A program made the translations under genes and the position numbers. The notes beneath the pieces are model-generated. The model was given only the letters and a program-made list of their open reading frames with translations. It had not been told where the DNA came from and made no database searches. Below are positions 9,356 through 18,404 of a stretch of 47,255 bases of DNA, piece after piece (the first letter of the stretch is position 1; each line of letters opens with the position of its first letter). The stretch lies in the IMG/VR virus record IMGVR_UViG_3300042890_003920. One strand, 5' to 3'. This DNA is from a virus (taxonomy: Duplodnaviria > Heunggongvirae > Uroviricota > Caudoviricetes).

Positions 9356-9814
9356 ATGGATGTAGATAAAGAATATTGGTCAACGGAGTTTCCTTCTCCG
9401 TATGGTCCTTCAGAAGATGATGTTATAATCTTCAGTGAAAAATCAATACCTGGTAAGACTTTATTATTAGGTTGTACAAAAAAACTAATTCCAATTACTG
9501 ATGTACAGATGGATAATGATCCTTGGTATGATGGTCCTAATGTTATTACAAAAGATTGGTTAGATAATACTGACTATTATGATAATATATTTGGAGATGG
9601 TGTACTCAACTTTACTAAAGTTTTAGAAAAAGCTATTTTAGAAATGGCTTCTAAATATTGTAAAGTATTTGTATGTAGATGCTTTAATAGAAGATTAGAA
9701 AAACATAGAATTGCCGATAACTTTCCAAGTGCAGAAGAATTCTCAATAACTCCAACAGAGTCCAAAATTTTCAATGAATATAGTATTCATATATGGAATT
9801 TTCAAAACAATTAG
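9356..9814 (+). CDS. Class I SAM-methyltransferase-like protein (degenerate)
   Basis: Start reset to 9356; TLLLGCT, D after strand 2, DW, IFGDGVLN motifs. Confidence 0.5.
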   Translation: MDVDKEYWSTEFPSPYGPSEDDVIIFSEKSIPGKTLLLGCTKKLIPITDVQMDNDPWYDGPNVITKDWLDNTDYYDNIFGDGVLNFTKVLEKAILEMASKYCKVFVCRCFNRRLEKHRIADNFPSAEEFSITPTESKIFNEYSIHIWNFQNN

Positions 9815-10845
9815 ATATCGATGTTCAAAAGACTTTAAAGTCTTTTGAAATCTCACAATGGTCACATAAACCAAATTTTGATATAATAAAAAATTTACCT
9901 ATAATAACCAGAGAAGAGTTCAGAAATATTAAACAGAAACCTGGACTCTATACTTCAAAAACATCAGGTTCAACTGGTGAATCTGTTATTATACAAAAAA
10001 CATATGCGGATTATGTACTTTATTTGGCAACCAATATAAGAGAATTAAGATGGCGAAAATGGGATTTTAGTAAAAACTTAGCAATTGTAAGAACAAGATC
10101 TAAAGAAGAAGATAAAGATGGATGGGGAGTACCTTATACTTTAGAACCTATACAGGGTAAGACATTTAGAATTGGATTAGAACCTATATCTGTTTTACAA
10201 AAATGGTTAGAAGAAAAAAATCCACATTATTTACAATGTATGCCTTCTATTGTTGCTCAATTAGATTTATCAAAGATTACAAATCTTATAGATGTTAAAG
10301 GAACAGGTGAGAAAGGTGGTACAATGTATTCAAGTGAAGAGTGTGGTACAATTGCAATTGAATGTCCTGATAATAAAGATGTTTATCATGTAATGGAGAA
10401 CATTATTGTTGAGGTAGATGAGGATGGTGGTATAATAGTTACTAACTTAACTAATCCTTATGTTAGAAGATATAAACATGGTGATCACATTGAATTAGGA
10501 GAATGTAATTGTGGTAGAACTTTACAAACTATTAAGACTATACATGGTCGTGTTAGAAATATGTTAGTACTTCCAAATGGTGATAAAAAATGGCCATTAT
10601 TTGGAACAAGAGATATACACGAAACTTTTGGTATAAAAAGATTTAAAGTTATTCAAACAACAGTAAATGATTTAGAAGTACAAATAATTGCAGATAAATT
10701 AAGTTTGAAGAGAACTGAGGATTTAATTAGTAATATACTGACTTCTGTAGGTGAGACTTTAAATGTTGAAATTAAATATGTTGATTCATTTCCAAATTAC
10801 AAGTTTGAAGAGTTTGTAAGTTTAGTAAAAAATTTAAACTCCTAA
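9793..10845 (+). CDS. Phenylacetate-CoA ligase/CapK-like adenylate-forming enzyme (ANL superfamily)
   Basis: KTSGSTGES P-loop, YSSEECG, RYKHGD, IHGR. Confidence 0.8.
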   Translation: MEFSKQLDIDVQKTLKSFEISQWSHKPNFDIIKNLPIITREEFRNIKQKPGLYTSKTSGSTGESVIIQKTYADYVLYLATNIRELRWRKWDFSKNLAIVRTRSKEEDKDGWGVPYTLEPIQGKTFRIGLEPISVLQKWLEEKNPHYLQCMPSIVAQLDLSKITNLIDVKGTGEKGGTMYSSEECGTIAIECPDNKDVYHVMENIIVEVDEDGGIIVTNLTNPYVRRYKHGDHIELGECNCGRTLQTIKTIHGRVRNMLVLPNGDKKWPLFGTRDIHETFGIKRFKVIQTTVNDLEVQIIADKLSLKRTEDLISNILTSVGETLNVEIKYVDSFPNYKFEEFVSLVKNLNS

Positions 10846-11148
10846 CTTTTTTAATTTTATCTGTCTTATTACTGACGTTGAGTCGGATTCACTCAATGGA
10901 TATTCTACATTAAATTTTTCTTTAAAAAAGTCTTCTAAATCTTTCCAAGTAGATTTTCGATAATGGTCAGTATCCTTAATAGGAAATCTATTAAAGACTT
11001 TATTATAAAGTTTTCTTTCTAATACCTTTTCTTCGTCTCTAAGTCGCGCTGCGGTCTCATATTGTTGACTATGTATTGCAATTCTTTTTGATTTACCTAC
11101 GATAGCAATTTCTTCTATAATTTGTTCTAAATTCTTTTCTTTCTCCAT
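10834..11148 (-). CDS. UVR (UvrB/C)-motif coiled-coil protein
   Basis: KRIAIHSQQYETAARLRDEEKVL matches the UVR consensus AxxxxYExAAxLRD. Confidence 0.65.
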   Translation of the reverse strand: MEKEKNLEQIIEEIAIVGKSKRIAIHSQQYETAARLRDEEKVLERKLYNKVFNRFPIKDTDHYRKSTWKDLEDFFKEKFNVEYPLSESDSTSVIRQIKLKKLGV

Positions 11149-11287
11149 TCGATATATTTTTTTACTTCTTCATGTGAAAGTAGAAGTTATTTTGTATTTT
11201 ATTTACAAATATAGCTAAAGTTTTTCAAAAAACAACGATTTCCGTAAAAAATAGTAGATATATAAGAAAAAAAGAAGAAAAATCCTA

Positions 11288-11431
11288 ATGAAAAATTTGC
11301 TTATTAAGTGGTTTGGTGCAGAGTGGTATTGTGAGTGGTTTCACGAAGTTCGTAGTGATAAAAATGATAATACAAAATGGTATTGTAATAAGTGTAGATT
11401 TTCGAGGAAGAAGGATAAATTTTTTATTTAG
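11288..11431 (+). CDS. 47-aa Cys/His-containing small ORF (not in track)
   Basis: MKNLLIKWFGAEWYCEWFH...WYCNKC; A-rich leader. Confidence 0.4.
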   Translation: MKNLLIKWFGAEWYCEWFHEVRSDKNDNTKWYCNKCRFSRKKDKFFI

Positions 11432-11484
11432 TTATATAAACTTTTTTTAACTATATTTGTATATTATTTATAAAATATACTTAC

Positions 11485-11976
11485 ATGAACAAATTTGAAA
11501 GAGATCAGTTTGCTGAAATACTTAATTACTTGATTGAAGATACCACTGATGGTACAAGACAATGGGTTAGAGGGTCACATCACTTTAATAGTGATACTAC
11601 TTATTATATGGACTCATTATCTGATGATGGTAAAACTAGATTTCAGTGTTGTATTAAATTAGATCCAGATACATTAGGATATGAGAAGCACGGTTGTATG
11701 AGTATTTTTAATGTTGGTTTTAGTGGTGGTTTTAAAGTTTTTGGATTAAATGATAACAAAGATATTTTAGTTTTAGAAAAGTTGGTTTATGATAATTTTG
11801 TTTCTAAACTTATACCTTCAGTTAGACAAAGTACCACACTTGGTAATATTTTAGGTAGTATGGGAAAACAATATACTAGAAATAAAAAACTGGAACAATT
11901 ACTAGAAGGTGTTGAAGAAGAACCAATTAAAGAAGAGCCAGTTAAAAAGAAAGGACTTTTCGAAAGATTATTTTAA
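11485..11976 (+). CDS. Hypothetical protein with RNKKLEQLL motif
   Basis: ORF track; TATATTTG at 11452-11459. Confidence 0.8.
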   Translation: MNKFERDQFAEILNYLIEDTTDGTRQWVRGSHHFNSDTTYYMDSLSDDGKTRFQCCIKLDPDTLGYEKHGCMSIFNVGFSGGFKVFGLNDNKDILVLEKLVYDNFVSKLIPSVRQSTTLGNILGSMGKQYTRNKKLEQLLEGVEEEPIKEEPVKKKGLFERLF

Positions 11977-12027
11977 ACATATTCTTATATTAAACTTTTA
12001 ATATATAATTAAAACAAAAATAGAATA

Positions 12028-12240
12028 ATGAAACACTTAAATAAATTCGTTAAATTTAATGAATCTCACGCAACTTTTAAACCAGGTGCTTTAATAGAAT
12101 TTCATATACCAAATACTGGTAAAACACATATAGGTAGAATTCTTATAATAGAAGATAATTTTATAACAGTTCTTGATTTAAAAACAGACGAAGAACTCAG
12201 ACTACCAAGGAAAGAATTTGGTCCAGCATATGAGAATTAA
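12028..12240 (+). CDS. Small beta-rich (SH3-like) protein with capsid-targeting-like N-terminus
   Basis: MKHLNKFVKFNES; TAATATATA at 11999. Confidence 0.7.
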   Translation: MKHLNKFVKFNESHATFKPGALIEFHIPNTGKTHIGRILIIEDNFITVLDLKTDEELRLPRKEFGPAYEN

Positions 12241-12283
12241 ATAAAAATCAGTGAACTTCACTGATTTTTTTTATATAATTTAT

Positions 12284-12751
12284 ATGAGATCAGTTGAAAC
12301 ACAAGCACCACATACTATTAAACAAGGTTATAAAAACATTTTTTTAGGTGGATCTATCGAAATGGGAACTGCGGAACTTTGGCAGAAGAAAATTATTAGT
12401 GAGTTATCAGACTTACCAATTCAATTTTTAAATCCTAGAAGAGATGATTGGGATTCATCTTGGACACAAGAAATAACAAATTTACAATTTAAAGAACAAG
12501 TTGAGTGGGAACTTAACGGTTTAGAAATAGCTGATATTATTGTTATGGTATTTGATATAAATACAAAATCTCCAATCTCATTATTAGAGTCTGGTTTATT
12601 CGCAAAGAGTGGTAAATTAGTGATACTTTGTCCTGAAGGATTTTGGAGAAAAGGAAATATAGATGTTGTATGTGAGTATTATAACATCAAACAAGTAAAA
12701 GATTTTAATGAACTAACTACTTATATAAGAAATGATGTTGATAAGATGTAA
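12284..12751 (+). CDS. Nucleoside 2-deoxyribosyltransferase-like protein
   Basis: IFLGGSIEMG...WQ, NPRRDDWD, QVEWEL..LE.AD, SPISLLESG; start reset to 12284. Confidence 0.8.
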   Translation: MRSVETQAPHTIKQGYKNIFLGGSIEMGTAELWQKKIISELSDLPIQFLNPRRDDWDSSWTQEITNLQFKEQVEWELNGLEIADIIVMVFDINTKSPISLLESGLFAKSGKLVILCPEGFWRKGNIDVVCEYYNIKQVKDFNELTTYIRNDVDKM

Positions 12752-12956
12752 AAAAACACTTGATGGAATCACAATGGGTCGATTCTATGAGTTTAAATGG
12801 TATGCTAGTAATGGAAATGTTGTAATTATGAATAATAGATTTCAGTTGATTGCTTATCCTGCAGAATATTTTTATTTTGAATCTTGTCTTTCAAAAGAAC
12901 AAATGCATGATAAACTAAGAGCAATGTTAAAAAGTAAAACATTTTTTACGGTATAA
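12732..12956 (+). CDS. Hypothetical protein
   Basis: ORF track; overlaps the upstream stop. Confidence 0.65.
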   Translation: MMLIRCKKTLDGITMGRFYEFKWYASNGNVVIMNNRFQLIAYPAEYFYFESCLSKEQMHDKLRAMLKSKTFFTV

Positions 12957-12973
12957 TTTTTAATATATACTGA

Positions 12974-13750
12974 ATGAAATATATTAAATCATTCAATGAG
13001 GAACTAAATCCTTATATTTATAGAAAAGCGGCAAATCTTGCCAAGCAATATAAACAACCTAAAAGAGCCGAACGATTTTCGAATTGGGCGGATGAACTAA
13101 CGAATAGAGAGAATATTAAGAACACTAAAGAAAATCGTGAAAGACTTTCACAATATGGTTCTTTTGATGGTTGTTTATCAGTAGGTTATAGTGATGAAGA
13201 GATTGTAGGTAAATTCTATTTAGACATTTGGTTTGATGAAGATTGGTTCGGAGATATTGTTTATCAGTCATGGGGTGATGGTGCCTTTGAGTATGGTATA
13301 TCACTACCATTTGAAATTGAAATAATTGCTGCCGATGAAGAAACTCAAGGAAAAATTGATGCCACTGAAGTACAACAAAATCATGGTGTAATATGGCCAA
13401 ATAGATTAGAAATGAATTTGAGTACATATGATCAAAGTACGAAAGAAGTAAATTTAAAAGCTAATGGATATGGATACTATCCTAGAGATACTGAAGATTT
13501 TCACTTTTTAGATAGACGTAATGCAGTAAAATTTAAAAAATTACTGATTGATGCGCTTGATGGTAAAAATAGTTTTGGTTGTTCAAATTCTTATGTAAAA
13601 TTTAATACTTTAAAAGATCATATTAAAACAACACTTGATAAAATTTCCAATGATGAAAAACTAGTTGATTGTCCATTAGATGTTAGTATCTATGATGATT
13701 TGGTAAATAGTATGAGAAATATGTCATTAAATAAACTTTATAAAGATTAA
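12974..13750 (+). CDS. Putative virion-internal protein
   Basis: MKYIKSFNEE; TAATATATAC at 12961. Confidence 0.75.
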   Translation: MKYIKSFNEELNPYIYRKAANLAKQYKQPKRAERFSNWADELTNRENIKNTKENRERLSQYGSFDGCLSVGYSDEEIVGKFYLDIWFDEDWFGDIVYQSWGDGAFEYGISLPFEIEIIAADEETQGKIDATEVQQNHGVIWPNRLEMNLSTYDQSTKEVNLKANGYGYYPRDTEDFHFLDRRNAVKFKKLLIDALDGKNSFGCSNSYVKFNTLKDHIKTTLDKISNDEKLVDCPLDVSIYDDLVNSMRNMSLNKLYKD

Positions 13751-13781
13751 ATAGTTTAATAATTTTCCTTATCTTTGTAAT

Positions 13782-14174
13782 ATGAAAAAAATTATATTAC
13801 TATTCTTATTACTAGCCACAAATTGTTTTTGTCAACCAAGTTCAGAGGGATCCTACTCAGATGGATCAGGATATACTGAGAAAAATGAAGTTATACTTAC
13901 TATAAATCCATTAAATAACTGTGAACTTCGCTATGACTTTTATCCAAATTATGATGCTTACTATGATAGAAAAGAGGAGGTTTATCTTGTCTTTGACGAA
14001 GGTAATTGGATAAAAGTAGATTACATAAATCCAAACTATCGTGGTTATTCTGTGTATAATAGAACACATTATACCATAAAGGATTATGATGGTGATGATA
14101 TAACTAATTTTTATCCAATTCATAAAAAAAAGTTCCCATATGCAACTAGAAAAACATTATTAAAAGAATGGTAA
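13782..14174 (+). CDS. Exported hypothetical protein (NCFC|Q)
   Basis: Signal peptide; TATCTTTG at 13770-13777. Confidence 0.75.
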   Translation: MKKIILLFLLLATNCFCQPSSEGSYSDGSGYTEKNEVILTINPLNNCELRYDFYPNYDAYYDRKEEVYLVFDEGNWIKVDYINPNYRGYSVYNRTHYTIKDYDGDDITNFYPIHKKKFPYATRKTLLKEW

Positions 14175-14443
14175 GAGATAAAGTATATAAAGAATTTAAT
14201 GTAGGTGATGAAGTTTATACTCATAAGGTTACTTGGAAAGCAATCACCGCAAATAAACCTTATATTGTATTAGCTTGTTATAAACCAGATGGTTATGTAG
14301 ATGATTATCCTGTTAGAGTTATTGATATTAAAACTGATAAGGGTTTTATATCAAGATATGCAACCGATAAATTTTATAAAACAGAAACACAGGTTAGACA
14401 AGATAAAATAAACGAAATACTGAATGACAATACGACAATATAA
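14168..14443 (+). CDS. Hypothetical protein with RQDKINEIL motif
   Basis: ORF track. Confidence 0.75.
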   Translation: MVRDKVYKEFNVGDEVYTHKVTWKAITANKPYIVLACYKPDGYVDDYPVRVIDIKTDKGFISRYATDKFYKTETQVRQDKINEILNDNTTI

Positions 14444-14750
14444 AAAGAAATACTTTATCGGTAAAGATGATTTTGGTAAAATGATTTACTTAGGTGATAC
14501 TGTTGAAGTATGGATGCCATGTGAGACTAAGCCATATCAATCATGTGTTTATTGGAATCGTTTAGATGGTGCTTTCATTGATTCACATCCTTTTCATGTT
14601 AAGATGGGACATTCTAAACATCGAGTTTTAAGTGGATTTTTCATGAGAAATAGTCCACCAGTACCTATCTATGATTCTTTTGAAGATGATGCAGTTCCTA
14701 CTTGGCAACAAGGATATGTTAAAAAAATTAAATCTTTTTATCAGGAATAA
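14424..14750 (+). CDS. YopX-like domain protein
   Basis: IGKDDFGKMIYLGDTV resembles YopX GLKDKNGKEIYEGDIV. Confidence 0.55.
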   Translation: MTIRQYKKKYFIGKDDFGKMIYLGDTVEVWMPCETKPYQSCVYWNRLDGAFIDSHPFHVKMGHSKHRVLSGFFMRNSPPVPIYDSFEDDAVPTWQQGYVKKIKSFYQE

Positions 14751-15150
14751 TCTCTAAAATTTTAGAGATTTTTTTATCTCTTATAAATTCAGTCATTCCA
14801 GATATACTTAGTGTTATATAAAGATTATAAGGTGTATATTCTAATCCTTTAATCCAATCTGTGTAAAATTTTATAATAGAATAGTTATCAGTCTTTGATA
14901 TATAATCCTCTTCACTATTTGTATACTCTTCTATAATTTTATTATAAAGTCTAAAGAACCACTTATTATGAATTTTAGTACCTAGATCTATTTCCGGCAT
15001 ACTTTCATCATGATTTTTAAATTCGGAAAGTCTTATACCAATACCTTCCGATCGGTTAAGAAAATCAAATCTGTTTACTGATCTATAATATCCATCAACT
15101 TCAATTGATTCAACTAGTTCGGTAAAGTTTTTTTTTATCTGTTCTCTCAT
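14728..15150 (-). CDS. Hypothetical protein with RDKKISKIL motif
   Basis: ORF track; TATATTTG at 15155-15162. Confidence 0.75.
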   Translation of the reverse strand: MREQIKKNFTELVESIEVDGYYRSVNRFDFLNRSEGIGIRLSEFKNHDESMPEIDLGTKIHNKWFFRLYNKIIEEYTNSEEDYISKTDNYSIIKFYTDWIKGLEYTPYNLYITLSISGMTEFIRDKKISKILEIIPDKKI

Positions 15151-15209
15151 AATACAAATATATGAAATAATTTTTTTATATATAGTTTATATAAAAATAA
15201 AATAATAAG

Positions 15210-15560
15210 ATGAAACTTAAAAAGTTTAACAATTTCTTAAATGAAAATTTAGAAGGACCACAAGATACGGTGGTTGATACACCTACAGGTGAAGTAACTT
15301 TATATAGACTAACTTCTCACTCTGTTGTTGATTTAAACGATCCAGGAGAGTTTTATGTAAACTCACCAGAATCAGTTGATCCAAGTTTATTGGATAAACC
15401 AGGTCAAGATTTATTTTTAATCACTGTTACTACTGATGGTTCAAACATTGATACAGAAGGTTCTGAAAAAGAAGCAGCTAAGCACAATAATGAATCTATT
15501 ATAATGGTTAAAGATTCTACTAAATGTGAGATTGTTACTGTAGTTCCTTACACTAAATAA
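15210..15560 (+). CDS. Putative virion-internal acidic protein
   Basis: MKLKKFNNFLNEN; TTATATATAG at 15176. Confidence 0.75.
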   Translation: MKLKKFNNFLNENLEGPQDTVVDTPTGEVTLYRLTSHSVVDLNDPGEFYVNSPESVDPSLLDKPGQDLFLITVTTDGSNIDTEGSEKEAAKHNNESIIMVKDSTKCEIVTVVPYTK

Positions 15561-15589
15561 ACAATTTTATTTTACAAACTATAATTAGT

Positions 15590-16489
15590 ATGATAGATAA
15601 AATAGAACTATTTGGAAAACAAATAGAATTAAAGACACATAATTGTCACTTATTCGATCAAGAAGCACAGCCCGTTGAAGAGCCTTATATAAATTTTTAT
15701 ATAAGAACTAAGTTCTGTAATGCGAAATGTGCTTTTTGTACTTATGCAGATGATGCAAGTAAATACTCAGCTAAGAAACTACAAGAAGTATTTGAAGAAA
15801 TTTCTCCTAAAATTAAAATTAGAAAGGTTGCCATTTCAGGTGGTGAACCTACTTTATATTGGGATAACTTCGTAAATATAGTAGAGTTGGCTAAAAAGTA
15901 TGCACCTGATGCAGAATTAAGTATGAATACTGATGGATTTCGTTGGAAACAATTATTTGAAGATCCAATTTACAAAGAGTTTGATTATATTCAATTATCT
16001 CGTCACCATTATGATGATGCTATAAATGATGAAATCTTTAAATGTAAAACTCCTACATTTGATGAAATTAAATGGGCGGCTGGACTTCAAACACATCCAC
16101 ATCAAATACAATTTAGATGTAATTTAATTAAAGGTTATGTTGATGATAAAGATAAAGTATTTAATTTTTTAAACTGGGCTAATTCAGTTGATATAAATGA
16201 TGTTGGTTTAGTTTCTTTAATGCCAATAAATGATTACTCAAAAGAGAATTATATTTATTTTCATATTAAAGAATTGATTGGAGATAATTTCTTTTTAACA
16301 AAAGAATGGAAAAGACACGGTGGAGGTTGTGAGTGTTTTAACTATGTTTATATGCCACCTGATGAAACATTTAGAAGACCGATGAAAGTATATCATAAGA
16401 ATACTTTTGCACCGTCAGACATCAAGGAAACACTTGTATTTGATGGCCAGAATGTAAGATTAGGATTCGATGGTGATATAATATACTAA
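15590..16489 (+). CDS. Radical SAM protein, unknown reaction
   Basis: CNAKCAFC (CxxxCxxC), SGGEPTL, MNTDG. Confidence 0.9.
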   Translation: MIDKIELFGKQIELKTHNCHLFDQEAQPVEEPYINFYIRTKFCNAKCAFCTYADDASKYSAKKLQEVFEEISPKIKIRKVAISGGEPTLYWDNFVNIVELAKKYAPDAELSMNTDGFRWKQLFEDPIYKEFDYIQLSRHHYDDAINDEIFKCKTPTFDEIKWAAGLQTHPHQIQFRCNLIKGYVDDKDKVFNFLNWANSVDINDVGLVSLMPINDYSKENYIYFHIKELIGDNFFLTKEWKRHGGGCECFNYVYMPPDETFRRPMKVYHKNTFAPSDIKETLVFDGQNVRLGFDGDIIY

Positions 16490-16492
16490 AAG

Positions 16493-16521
16493 AAAAAGTC
16501 TCAATAATTTGAGACTTTTTT
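16493..16521. terminator. Bidirectional intrinsic terminator
   Basis: AAAAAGTCTCAA/TTGAGACTTTTT stem. Confidence 0.75.
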
Positions 16522-16525
16522 ATTT

Positions 16526-16810
16526 TTAACAACCGCTTCTTTGGTAACCACCTCCGCTACCACATCCATCATTATGATAGTAGGTTGGTGCAGGTTGAGG
16601 TGCTGGTGCAGGTCTTACTGGTGCAGCTGGTGCAACATAAGGCTCTATATCGTGTTCAACACAAAATTCCATATAAGTTGCTTTTTGTACGTCTCCAGTT
16701 TTAACTAGATCATAAACTGCGGCATTAAATTTTTCTTCAAGTGTTGTGCCTTGGTATCTTTTGCTATAAAACGCATAAAGTTTATCTAATAAGTCTATTT
16801 CTTGTGACAT
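16526..16810 (-). CDS. Small protein with Pro/Ala linker and C-terminal GCGSGGGYQRSGC tail
   Basis: ORF track; TAATATATA at 16830-16839 on the minus strand. Confidence 0.75.
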   Translation of the reverse strand: MSQEIDLLDKLYAFYSKRYQGTTLEEKFNAAVYDLVKTGDVQKATYMEFCVEHDIEPYVAPAAPVRPAPAPQPAPTYYHNDGCGSGGGYQRSGC

Positions 16811-16829
16811 TTTTTATTTTTACTTTTTT

Positions 16830-17849
16830 TTATATATTAAAATTGCTTTTTATAATTTCAACACTTGCATCAAATCTTTCTCTCCAGTTTCCACCAATTT
16901 CTACAAAATGACAACCTCTATTTTCAAGTTCATTTTTAATAACTTCATAGTGTTTTTGTCTTTCTTCTAAAAAGTTTCTTGTTCCATCTTGTACTGCATC
17001 ACAATCTGGTTTTAAAAGAATATATAAATCATACTTTTTCTTTTCAGAAAGTTTATTTAAAAACCAATCAGTTTCTTTTTGATGTTCTTCATTAGGACAA
17101 TACATATCTAAAAATAAATAAGTTGTAATGTCTTCGGTATCACAGAATAATAATTTGTTTGATCTTTTAATTGTCCAATCCTCTAATGTTTGTCTTCCTT
17201 CAGAAATTGGAATGAAATCCTCAACACCAACTTTATTACCATTTGCTTCATAAACTATTCTACCATATTCATCAACAAAATTAGTTTGAAACCAATTCGC
17301 TAATTCTTTTGTTAGAGTTGATTTACCAACGGATTCTGGTCCCATTATTGCAATTCGTTTTACAAAGAAAGGTTTTAATTCATTAGAAATAAAATCCCAT
17401 TTCTCAAAAGGATTTTCTCTAACTTCTGTTCCTGATACAGGAACGGTTTTTCTTTCTTTATCTACTAAGAAATGTTCTACTCCTAAATACTCTGCAAATC
17501 CATCACCATAATCTTCTGATGTAAATACAACATCTAGTTCATCAACTAAATTATATATCTGTGGTACCCAATAAGAATAGAATTCTTCTAATGTATCACA
17601 TTCATAATCGTGTTGAGGTAGTCCAGTATCATCAAACTGATATACGGTTACATTAGGATTGTTTTGGTAAGTCTTTTTTAGTCCAAGATATCTTACATCA
17701 CCTGGAATAGATTGTGTCTTATTATGAGAGATAATGACGTGTACGTGATCACAATTCTCAATTGCTGTATCAATTAGATGAAGATGTCCTAAGTGTAAAG
17801 GATACATTTTACCTAAAACTAAACCGTTTTTATATTTTTTCATTTTCAT
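16830..17849 (-). CDS. nadR: NadR-type bifunctional NMN adenylyltransferase / nicotinamide-riboside kinase (no HTH)
   Basis: GKMYPLHLGH (HxGH), VSGTEVR, Walker A GPESVGKST, EYGR, FCDTE. Confidence 0.9.
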   Translation of the reverse strand: MKMKKYKNGLVLGKMYPLHLGHLHLIDTAIENCDHVHVIISHNKTQSIPGDVRYLGLKKTYQNNPNVTVYQFDDTGLPQHDYECDTLEEFYSYWVPQIYNLVDELDVVFTSEDYGDGFAEYLGVEHFLVDKERKTVPVSGTEVRENPFEKWDFISNELKPFFVKRIAIMGPESVGKSTLTKELANWFQTNFVDEYGRIVYEANGNKVGVEDFIPISEGRQTLEDWTIKRSNKLLFCDTEDITTYLFLDMYCPNEEHQKETDWFLNKLSEKKKYDLYILLKPDCDAVQDGTRNFLEERQKHYEVIKNELENRGCHFVEIGGNWRERFDASVEIIKSNFNI

Positions 17850-17882
17850 TTATTTATATATACATAAAAATTTATATTCATT

Positions 17883-18404
17883 ATGTCACTAATAAGAAGA
17901 CAAGACAAAGATTCAAGACTAACTGTAGAAGAAATGGATTCTAACTTAGAATATTTAGAAAGCTTAGCTCTTACTACTTCTACTGGTGCAACTGGACCTA
18001 TTGGACCAACTGGACCTATTGGACCAACTGGACCAAGTGCTGATTACTTAGTTTATACTGCACTTATAACACAAGCGGCTACTGGATCAACACCAAGTGC
18101 AACTATATTAAAAAATACAATTGGTGAAATAACTTGGAGTTATGTTAGTCCAGGTTTGTATGAAATGAGCTCTGATGCTGCTTTTGTTGCAGGAAAAACA
18201 TATTTGAATAATCAAGTCTTTCATCTTACCACCTATATTGATCCTCTCGATCCTCTAAACATTATTGAAACTGCTTATCTTGCTTTTCTTAGAAGAACTG
18301 ATATAAATACTATTCAACTTAATACCGGTTTTTTCGATATGGGACTCGGACCAATTGATGGACTCCTAACAAATCATTCTTTAGAGGTTAGAGTTTATTT
18401 ATAA
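17883..18404 (+). CDS. Short fibre-like virion protein (shared anchor motif, collagen-like GPT repeats)
   Basis: RRQDKDSRLTVEEMDSNLEYLESLAL; GATGPIGPTGPIGPTGPS. Confidence 0.7.
   Translation: MSLIRRQDKDSRLTVEEMDSNLEYLESLALTTSTGATGPIGPTGPIGPTGPSADYLVYTALITQAATGSTPSATILKNTIGEITWSYVSPGLYEMSSDAAFVAGKTYLNNQVFHLTTYIDPLDPLNIIETAYLAFLRRTDINTIQLNTGFFDMGLGPIDGLLTNHSLEVRVYL
17991..18035 (+). repeat. 18-bp tandem repeat x2.5 (collagen-like Gly-X-Y)
   Basis: ACTGGACCTATTGGACCA repeated. Confidence 0.9.
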
